DNA from: Candidatus Brennerbacteria bacterium
GTDB lineage: Bacteria; Patescibacteriota; Minisyncoccia; UBA6257; JACPKE01
Assembly (NCBI GenBank): GCA_016187205.1
Contig: JACPKE010000023.1
Location: 1 to 40,617 of the forward strand
Length of the DNA: 40,617 nt
Direction of reading: 5' to 3'
Positions 10,205-16,463 of the stretch are shown here, one piece after another; the stretch's first letter is position 1; every line of letters begins with the position of its first letter. Under the pieces are notes generated by a model. The model worked only from the letters and a program-made list of their open reading frames with translations. It searched no databases and was not told the DNA's origin. The translations under genes and the position numbers were made by a program.

Positions 10205-10519
10205 ATGAATATCAAAAGAAAATATCCACCGCAATCGCTACGGGGCATTTTATGGTCTGTTAAAACATCAAATTTAAATTTAGAAAAAGACAAAACATAT
10301 ATTATTCATCAAATATTAAGATACGGCAATCTTAAACAAATTTCTTGGCTCTTTAAAACTTACGGTAAAAATACCATTAGACGGGTTTTTTTGGAGCAAC
10401 CGCAAAAAATTTACAACTTGCCGAATTTTTATTTTATAAAAGATGTCGTTTTAAAAATAAAAAAAAGGACGTTGATTTCCAAATATGATTCAACCTCGCT
10501 TAGAAATATTAGGCCCTGA
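10205..10519 (+). CDS. small partner protein of AbiEii-type NTase (module 1), 104 aa
   Basis: Homologous by eye to ORF 16412..16636 (LW..N..(E/D)..K..YII....(Y/F)GN.K...W....Y....(I/L)R(R/K)V). Its 3' end overlaps the downstream NTase gene. Confidence 0.65.
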   Translation: MNIKRKYPPQSLRGILWSVKTSNLNLEKDKTYIIHQILRYGNLKQISWLFKTYGKNTIRRVFLEQPQKIYNLPNFYFIKDVVLKIKKRTLISKYDSTSLRNIRP

Positions 10520-11123
10520 AAGACTAAAAACTTTTTTAACACTAAAAGAATGGAAGCGGGAAGGCGTTTTGGGGGGCGGCACCGCTATCGCGCTGCAGCT
10601 TAAACATCGTTATTCTTATGATTTTGACATTTTTTTTAAAAAACCGATTGTTAAAAAATATTTTAATAAAGCCAAAACGATTTTTAACATTAAAAAGAAA
10701 TTAGTTGATACAATCGACCAACTTACTTTTTTAACAAAAGACGAAGTAAAAATAACTTTTTTATACTATAATTTTCTCCCGTTACATCCAAAAATTAAAA
10801 CAAATTCTTTGCCGCTTTTTAATTTAAAAGACTTAGCTTCCGATAAAGCGGCGACTATCGGCCGCCGCGGAATGTGGCGTGATTATTTTGACCTTTTTAT
10901 TTTATTAAAAAGCGGCGCAGTTAGTTTTGAAACCTTGTTGGGAGAAACCGCGAAAAGATTCGGCGTTGATTTTTCCGAAAAACTCTTTCTGGAACAACTT
11001 GTTTATTATGGCGATATTGCAAATTTTAATATTGATTTTATTTCCAAAGAATATAAACCGGACGAAATTCAAAGATTTTTTAAGAAAATCACGAGTAATT
11101 ATATAAAAAGTAAAATTTTTTAA
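10485..11123 (+). CDS. nucleotidyltransferase, AbiEii/AbiGii toxin family (module 1)
   Basis: GGGTAIALQLKHRYSYDFDIFF matches the GGTAL..R.S.DLDF NTase motif of DUF1814/AbiEii proteins. Confidence 0.75.
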   Translation: MIQPRLEILGPERLKTFLTLKEWKREGVLGGGTAIALQLKHRYSYDFDIFFKKPIVKKYFNKAKTIFNIKKKLVDTIDQLTFLTKDEVKITFLYYNFLPLHPKIKTNSLPLFNLKDLASDKAATIGRRGMWRDYFDLFILLKSGAVSFETLLGETAKRFGVDFSEKLFLEQLVYYGDIANFNIDFISKEYKPDEIQRFFKKITSNYIKSKIF

Positions 11124-11131
11124 AAAAAAAT

Positions 11132-11156
11132 AGGCGCATTGGATTCAATGCGCCTC
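11132..11156. terminator. bidirectional terminator between convergent genes
   Basis: AGGCGCATTG / CAATGCGCCT 10-bp stem with an A-run before it and T-rich sequence after. Confidence 0.6.
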
Positions 11157-11178
11157 TGTTGAGAAATCTTCCGCTTTT

Positions 11179-11727
11179 TTAAAGTATCTCATCAACTAAA
11201 CCAAGCCGCAGGGCTTCATCGGCAGCAAGATTTCTTTTCTCTTCGCATAGTCTGTTAACTTCTTCAATTTTCATCCCTGAACGTCCAGCTATTATACTCT
11301 CATAATCTTCCTGCGATTTTTGATTTTCCGCTATTCTTTTTTTTGACTCTTCTTCAAATTTTTTCCAATCCATTCCCAAAGTTATCTCAAAATTATGGAA
11401 AAACATTGTGCTATGACGCATCATTTTTCTTCTATGGCATGCCTGCAAAACAAGGATAGCCATAGAATTAGCTTCTTTAAAAACAGTGCCTGTTATCAAC
11501 GATTCTGAATACTTGATAATATCATATAAGTCAAACCCGGCCCCCACATTACCGCCTTTACTGTTGATATATAAAAATATTTCCTGGTTTGGATATTTGG
11601 CATTAAGCCATAAAACCATTTTAGCGATCTTGTCAGCTTGCTGGTCATCAATTCTGCCTTCTAAATAAATTTTTCGCTGTTCCAACAAAACCAACGAAAA
11701 GACTTTTTCTAAATCTTCATCAATCAT
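11179..11727 (-). CDS. ClpP-family protease homologue, orphan and divergent, 182 aa
   Basis: LYINSKGGNVGAG, ANSMA (Ser) and FFHNF (His) align with ClpP LYINSPGG / AASMG / MIHQP. No clpX or clpA is adjacent. Confidence 0.8.
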   Translation of the reverse strand: MIDEDLEKVFSLVLLEQRKIYLEGRIDDQQADKIAKMVLWLNAKYPNQEIFLYINSKGGNVGAGFDLYDIIKYSESLITGTVFKEANSMAILVLQACHRRKMMRHSTMFFHNFEITLGMDWKKFEEESKKRIAENQKSQEDYESIIAGRSGMKIEEVNRLCEEKRNLAADEALRLGLVDEIL

Positions 11728-11980
11728 TGATTCTTCCTCCTTCCATATGTTATTTTTAAATAAACTTAATAAACTAAGTTTTCTTTAACAGAGAATAGCA
11801 TTTTAAATGCTTTTCGTCAATCCCTCACCTTTCATCCCTCACTTTTGGAAAAAGTGAGGGATTCAAAGATTAAAATGAATAATCAAGCCATAAGCAGTGC
11901 GATATTCGTGCCGTAAAACGGCTAATCTTGGAAAGGTGAAGGATCAAGGTCGCTCATAAAATTTAATAAAATAGAAAAAT

Positions 11981-12241
11981 ATGTCTCAAGAAATACCAAA
12001 ACCATTAAATGAAGCGGAAATGGAAAAAAAGAAAATAGAAGAAGAGAAAAGAATTATCAAAGAAGCAGAAAATAGGGAAGGAATTAAAGATGAAGAAGAA
12101 GGAACAGAAAGCGAACTTAATAAAATTATAGAAGAAGAAAGAAAAGGAACTCAAAAAGAAATCACTGTAGACGAACGCACCGGCGAAATGCTAACACCGC
12201 AAGATATCAAAGAAAGAAGAGAAAAAGGATTTGAAAGATAA
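11981..12241 (+). CDS. Lys/Glu-rich hypothetical protein, 86 aa
   Basis: ORF with a highly charged, low-complexity sequence, followed by hairpins. Confidence 0.45.
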   Translation: MSQEIPKPLNEAEMEKKKIEEEKRIIKEAENREGIKDEEEGTESELNKIIEEERKGTQKEITVDERTGEMLTPQDIKERREKGFER

Positions 12242-12418
12242 ATAGTGAAGAGTCCCACCTTTACAGGCGGGACTTCTTATAATTCAAGCTTCGCTTGTCC
12301 AGCACTATGACGCGTCATAGTGCTGGACCTTGCTCTCACCCCCGCCATTACAGACGGGGAACTCCCACGAAGTTAGAAACCGTTTTTACAAATAATTTCT
12401 GAAAAAAAGGTTTCTTCA

Positions 12419-12446
12419 TTGATTTTTTAAGTAACTGATGTAAAAT
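12419..12446 (+). promoter_or_regulatory. sigma70-like promoter (TTGATT, 16-nt spacer, TAAAAT) placing the transcription start at or next to the ATG at 12454
   Basis: Hexamers read directly. Only 7 nt separate the -10 box from the ATG and there is no SD, so the mRNA would be leaderless or nearly so. Confidence 0.4.
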
Positions 12447-12453
12447 ATATTAT

Positions 12454-12681
12454 ATGAACACCACAACAACAAAATCATATGTTGCGTCAACACGCCAATA
12501 TGCTCTTACCGAAGCCCAAGAAGCAGTCATTAAATTAATTACTCTAAAACCATTACTTTCTTCACGAGATGAGGAAACGCTTTCGCTTTTAATCAATAAA
12601 GAACTTATGCAACGGCTCAAAAAAAGCCTAAAAGAAGCAGAAAAAGGGAAAGTAGAACCGCTTAAAAATATCCTTAAATAA
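12454..12681 (+). CDS. putative antitoxin of the adjacent RelE/ParE toxin, 75 aa
   Basis: Small acidic/helical ORF 5 nt upstream of a RelE/ParE-type gene. The assignment rests on position only. Confidence 0.55.
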   Translation: MNTTTTKSYVASTRQYALTEAQEAVIKLITLKPLLSSRDEETLSLLINKELMQRLKKSLKEAEKGKVEPLKNILK

Positions 12682-12686
12682 AAAAG

Positions 12687-12971
12687 ATGTATCGGCGCGT
12701 TATTACTCCTTCGGCAAAGCGCTCGCTTAAAAAACTGCCGTTCTCCGTCCGAAAAACTCTGGTTGATTCAACAAAAATACTTGAGTCCGATCCTTATGCC
12801 GGAGAAAAACTCTCGGGTTCTTTACGTTTTCTTTATTCGTTTCACTTTAAGGTTTCCAATATTCAATATCGGGTTGCGTACACAATAAATCAAAATGATA
12901 AGCTAATTATTATGCATTTCGCTCATACCCGCGAAAATTTCTACGAAAAACTTCATCATCTTTTTAAATAA
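12687..12971 (+). CDS. type II toxin, RelE/ParE family, 94 aa
   Basis: Size and motifs match: YRVAYTINQNDKLIIMHFAHTRENFY resembles the YR..Y.I......I.I..I.HR..Y core of RelE/ParE. Confidence 0.75.
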   Translation: MYRRVITPSAKRSLKKLPFSVRKTLVDSTKILESDPYAGEKLSGSLRFLYSFHFKVSNIQYRVAYTINQNDKLIIMHFAHTRENFYEKLHHLFK

Positions 12972-12984
12972 ACTCCGTCAAAAA

Positions 12985-13010
12985 TAAAAAGCTTGATAAA
13001 TCAAGCTTTT
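12985..13010. terminator. bidirectional rho-independent terminator
   Basis: AAAAAGCTTGAT AAA TCAAGCTTTTT. Confidence 0.7.
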
Positions 13011-13126
13011 TGGATCTCGCGGTCTCGCCGCTCTTTATATTCAACTTGCCATCAAGTTGAAATTTCCGAGCAATCCCCGCTCACGTCGGACCCTTCCGCC
13101 GACGTCTCCGCCCATGTACGGAGAAA

Positions 13127-13309
13127 TTATTTTACATGGCTATTATCAAGAACTGCCTCAATACTTACGCTAACATGATCATAACACCTTAAATGTGTAG
13201 TGAACCGTTCAAGCGCTTCAGCAAGATCAGATCCTTCATAATAAACATTCTGTCCAGGTTGGTATTCAGATCGTGGAAAAGTATGTATGACCAATGTTCT
13301 ATATATCAT
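13127..13309 (-). CDS. hypothetical mini-protein, 60 aa (start moved to the ATG after the SD)
   Basis: AAAGGAGGTG lies 6 nt upstream of the ATG. It is the last gene of the three-gene mini-protein operon. Confidence 0.55.
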   Translation of the reverse strand: MIYRTLVIHTFPRSEYQPGQNVYYEGSDLAEALERFTTHLRCYDHVSVSIEAVLDNSHVK

Positions 13310-13397
13310 TACATTCACCTCCTTTCATTCGGTTAAATGGCTCGACCGCGGTTAATAATCTGAATATTTCCTCGCCGTCGTCGCGAGAAAAAACTCT

Positions 13398-13571
13398 TCA
13401 CAGAACTGTTATCTTATGGCATTTCGGACAAGTTATCCTGATCCGCCCATCGAATAAACTGGGCTGATGTTTATCAGGATTAATCACGCCCTTCCATAAA
13501 GATTTGCAGTATGGGCAATTCGTTGGAATTAGAGCTAACCTTTTAATAACTTGTAGTTTTTGTTTTAACAT
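13398..13571 (-). CDS. zinc-ribbon mini-protein, 57 aa (below ORF-track cutoff)
   Basis: Hand translation gives MLKQKLQVIKRLALIPTNCPYCKSLWKGVINPDKHQPSLFDGRIRITCPKCHKITVL, with two CxxC pairs. The ATG directly abuts the TAA of the upstream ORF, and SD AAGGAGGG lies in the upstream ORF tail. Confidence 0.6.
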   Translation of the reverse strand: MLKQKLQVIKRLALIPTNCPYCKSLWKGVINPDKHQPSLFDGRIRITCPKCHKITVL

Positions 13572-13766
13572 TTATCCCTCCTTTCTTGAAAAAATGTCTA
13601 TATAATGTTCGCTATACTCTAAAACGCCATTTGTTCGCGAATGTAAATTACCATCGCAAACCTCGCAGGCGAACCATACCTTTTCACACTTATCACAAAT
13701 AAATTCTTCGGGTTCGCCAAATCCGCCAGATAAACGAAGCAATGCGCCGCCGCAATTACATTTCAT
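13572..13766 (-). CDS. Cys-rich zinc-ribbon mini-protein, 64 aa (ORF track gives 70 aa from 13784)
   Basis: MKCNCGG...CDKCEKVWFACEVCDG contains 7 Cys including CxC and two CxxC. SD AGGGAGAAAG favours the second Met. Confidence 0.6.
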   Translation of the reverse strand: MKCNCGGALLRLSGGFGEPEEFICDKCEKVWFACEVCDGNLHSRTNGVLEYSEHYIDIFSRKEG

Positions 13767-14271
13767 ATACTTTCTCCCTATCATTTAATTGTTTTTACAA
13801 AGAACTTTTAGGAAGCTAAATTTATTTAAAAATTCTCTCCCTTTCAGAAACTTTCAATTATTTGAAAATCTCTGAAAGAAAGGTGATTGATTTTTATCAC
13901 CTTAAAAATAAATGCAGCCAGTGAATCGCAAGATAAAAACTCTTATCTCAGACGCCGAGCATCACTGTATTGTTTTGGTTAAGACTAAGAAAGGTGAAGA
14001 GCGCCTTTCTTATAACAATTCTCCCAAAACTAGAGTCACCATTCATCACAAAATTGGAATAGAGCTCTCCTTATTCCAAAACTTGTGAGTGGCTCTGACA
14101 TGGCGTCGCTGCATTTTCTTATAAAAGAACTCGCGGGAAATTTTAGAAAACTTATTTCTAATTATTTCCCTTCCAAAGATCGCTTTATCTTTTTCTCAAG
14201 CGATCTTTGGAAGAGAGGCAAGCGATGTTTTGCTTGCCTGACTACATCTTTCACCTCCTTTTATTATTGCT

Positions 14272-14556
14272 TCATTTTTTTTCTTCAAAAATCCGACAAA
14301 ATTCTTCACCTGCCTTTATTAACTCTTCAACTTCTTCCTCCCTGGTATTACAACCCAAAGAGGGATTCCCTAGCTGATCATTAAGTTGAGAAAAAATCAC
14401 ATGAGTAATAGGAATAAAATCATATCGCCGATTTTCTATTATTATTCTGTTTTCTTTCTTCAGCTCTTTTAACTTAGTTAAAAGAGCTTTTGTAAAAGAT
14501 AAAGAAAATCCATTAACAACATCCTGTTTTAACACTAACTGTTGCTTTTGTTTCAT
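14272..14556 (-). CDS. hypothetical protein, 94 aa
   Basis: ORF with SD AAGGAGGG upstream and its own consensus promoter. I recognise no family. Confidence 0.55.
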   Translation of the reverse strand: MKQKQQLVLKQDVVNGFSLSFTKALLTKLKELKKENRIIIENRRYDFIPITHVIFSQLNDQLGNPSLGCNTREEEVEELIKAGEEFCRIFEEKK

Positions 14557-14599
14557 TTTATCCCTCCTTATATTATTAATAATTTAAGTTTCTGCTGTC

Positions 14600-14627
14600 A
14601 TTATACTCCTTTACAGAATTTTGTCAA
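14600..14627 (-). promoter_or_regulatory. consensus sigma70 promoter (TTGACA, 16-nt spacer, TATAAT) for ORF 14272..14556
   Basis: Both hexamers are perfect on the minus strand. Confidence 0.65.
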
Positions 14628-14741
14628 GGGGGTATAACATATTAAATCTAAAAAGCTGATTTTACCGCATTATATATAGATAAATTAGTATAATTTGAGT
14701 TGTTAATTTAAAATAACATAAAAAATGTTGATTTAAAAAAT

Positions 14742-14765
14742 GAGGGCTGTCAAATGACAGCCCTC
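14742..14765 (-). terminator. rho-independent terminator (minus strand), preceded by a second hairpin at 14775-14801
   Basis: GAGGGCTGTCA / TGACAGCCCTC 11-bp stem followed by ATTTTTT on the minus strand. Confidence 0.7.
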
Positions 14766-14798
14766 TTGGGGTTTCCCGAAAAAAATACTGCTTTTTTC

Positions 14799-14970
14799 GG
14801 GAAATTACACAATTATACTTTGCTTTCAATCAATTTCTAAAAATCACCACCCATTCATATTTCCTCCTTTCTTTTTATGCGTTTATGGGGAAATTATCAT
14901 ACTTCTTTCAATCAATTTTTTACAAATCACCACCCATTCATATTTCCTCCTTTCTTTTTATGCGTTTATG
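14799..14970 (-). repeat. tandem direct repeat, 2 units (89 and 83 nt) with an identical 45-nt core
   Basis: The core ATCACCACCCATTCATATTTCCTCCTTTCTTTTTATGCGTTTATG occurs at 14843-14887 and 14926-14970. Confidence 0.9.
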
Positions 14971-15104
14971 CAGATGACGCCACTTTTTGCCAGTAACCCA
15001 ACGATTCAGTATAAATATCGTTGGGCGCCGCTAAAGTGAATTACCATCCGCCCATCGCATCCTCCCTAAAAAGTTAATAAATTTTCAATCCCAAAACTTG
15101 TTAT

Positions 15105-15132
15105 ATTATAGCAATATATAAAAATAAGTCAA
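15105..15132 (-). promoter_or_regulatory. near-consensus sigma70 promoter (TTGACT, 16-nt spacer, TATAAT) driving the mini-ORF RNA
   Basis: Hexamers read on the minus strand, immediately after the TrmB-like stop codon. Confidence 0.6.
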
Positions 15133-15133
15133 G

Positions 15134-15745
15134 CTATTTTTCTTTCTTATATTTTTCTGCCGCTTCCCAGGCCAAATCAAATATTATGTTTGTCATCCTG
15201 GCAATACCTTCGTCTTCTATTAAAACTCCGGACGGTTCGTTTAAAAAAGAAACAAACCATACTTTATTGCCGTAAATACTCATATCTCCTTTAAATCCTA
15301 AAGCCACAAATCCTTTTATTTCCGAACATTCTGTTTTTAAAAAATCGTTCATCATTGTCCGCAACCCTTCTTTTCCTTGTAAAAATCTGACTTTTAATTT
15401 CGGCCCGGCTATTTTAAACAAACTTTCAAGTTCAGGCGTAATTTTTTTTAAAACTTCAGATTTTTCATCCAGGTCTTTTTCCAATTCCTTTTTTCGCGCA
15501 TTAAAAAACCTGACGATATTTACCGGATTTTCAGCCGCAAAAAATGTTTTTTTGCCTTTTTCCACGCTGCTTATCAAGCCATGCTTCATCAAAGACTCAA
15601 TTATAATATACACGGTTACCCGCTTTACTCCTGATTTTTCTGCCAACTGTTGAATCGTCGCTTCTCCCAAATCTAAAGCCGCTAAATAAACTTGAGATTC
15701 TTTTTCCGAAAATCCAATTTTTTCTAAATCTTGATGGTTAATCAT
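15134..15745 (-). CDS. TrmB-family winged-helix transcriptional regulator
   Basis: The N-terminal LEKIGFSEKESQVYLAALDLGEATIQQLAEKSGVKRVTVYIIIESLMKHGLI is typical of TrmB-type HTH. Confidence 0.75.
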   Translation of the reverse strand: MINHQDLEKIGFSEKESQVYLAALDLGEATIQQLAEKSGVKRVTVYIIIESLMKHGLISSVEKGKKTFFAAENPVNIVRFFNARKKELEKDLDEKSEVLKKITPELESLFKIAGPKLKVRFLQGKEGLRTMMNDFLKTECSEIKGFVALGFKGDMSIYGNKVWFVSFLNEPSGVLIEDEGIARMTNIIFDLAWEAAEKYKKEK

Positions 15746-15764
15746 AAAAAGTTAACAAAAAATT

Positions 15765-16463
15765 TTATTTAATTAGTTTTTTGGCAATCAAAGTTATTTC
15801 TTTCCTAAAAAAAGATTTAATCTTTTTCCAATCAGCGTCAAAATATATTTCCGGCTCCGGATCGCTTTCCGCGTCTTCAAAATACACCAAAGATTTTAAT
15901 ATATGGTGATAATTATGAGCTATTGCCGGATATTGCGCTTTGAGCCGTTTAATAATATTTTCCAGGGATTCAATATTATTCGCGCACCAATAAAGGTCAA
16001 AAAAATCCCTTTTCCGGCCGCGTTGAGAAATCGCTGTAATTTTCATTACGCCGATATCAATCGGGTTAAGCACGCGAATTGTTCCATAAATCGCCGGTTT
16101 TTGTTTAGGAATAAAAAACGGGTAAGCGATAAAACTGGCTTTGGCTCCGAAAAATTCGCCATAAATTGTATTTTTTCTGCTAAATGTCTCCTTCCAATTA
16201 GGATTATTAGAATAACGCTCCAACAGTTCTTTTGTATTAAAATTTTTAAGCTCGGTAAAAAAATCTAAATCAACCGACCGCCGATGCCCAACCCGCAAGG
16301 CTAAAGCAGTTCCACCGGCCAAATACCATTTTGATTTACCAAGCCATGTTTCAGAAGATAAAAAATCAAGCGCTTTTTTTGTTTTGCGCGGCAAGATATC
16401 ATAATGCCAGATTATTTTTTCGCCATTAATGTCCATAATGATTTTGTTTCCGGCCTTAAACAT
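15765..16463 (-). CDS. nucleotidyltransferase, AbiEii/AbiGii toxin family (module 2)
   Basis: WYLAGGTALALRVGHRRSVDLDFFT motif, plus the C-terminal KRDFFDLYW block typical of the family. Confidence 0.85.
   Translation of the reverse strand: MFKAGNKIIMDINGEKIIWHYDILPRKTKKALDFLSSETWLGKSKWYLAGGTALALRVGHRRSVDLDFFTELKNFNTKELLERYSNNPNWKETFSRKNTIYGEFFGAKASFIAYPFFIPKQKPAIYGTIRVLNPIDIGVMKITAISQRGRKRDFFDLYWCANNIESLENIIKRLKAQYPAIAHNYHHILKSLVYFEDAESDPEPEIYFDADWKKIKSFFRKEITLIAKKLIK

Noticed and set aside
12993-13178. 61-aa + strand ORF across the GC-rich hairpin run
   Set aside because: It is Ser/Arg-rich, has no SD, starts inside a terminator and overlaps the 3' end of the minus-strand mini-protein gene. 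The region is better explained as structured non-coding sequence.
13912-14088. 58-aa + strand ORF (MQPVNRKIKTLISDAEHHCIVLVKTKKGEERLSYNNSPKTRVTIHHKIGIELSLFQNL)
   Set aside because: Its composition is protein-like, but it has no SD or promoter, spans a hairpin, and lies opposite to the surrounding transcription. Left uncalled; conservation analysis could revive it.
14085-14384. 99-aa + strand ORF (GTG start)
   Set aside because: It runs through two perfect palindromes and overlaps the better-supported minus-strand 94-aa ORF, which has a promoter and SD. Its composition is Phe/Ser/Leu junk.
14844-14941. UGA recoding (code 4 or 25) that would extend the MNGW mini-ORFs
   Set aside because: TGA terminates conserved genes at their expected ends in this window, namely the ABC exporter and the second HtrA. 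The standard code therefore applies.
14799-14970. Tandem repeats considered as a CRISPR array
   Set aside because: There are only two units, they are directly adjacent without spacers, the units are 83-89 nt long, and no cas genes are present. This is not a CRISPR array.
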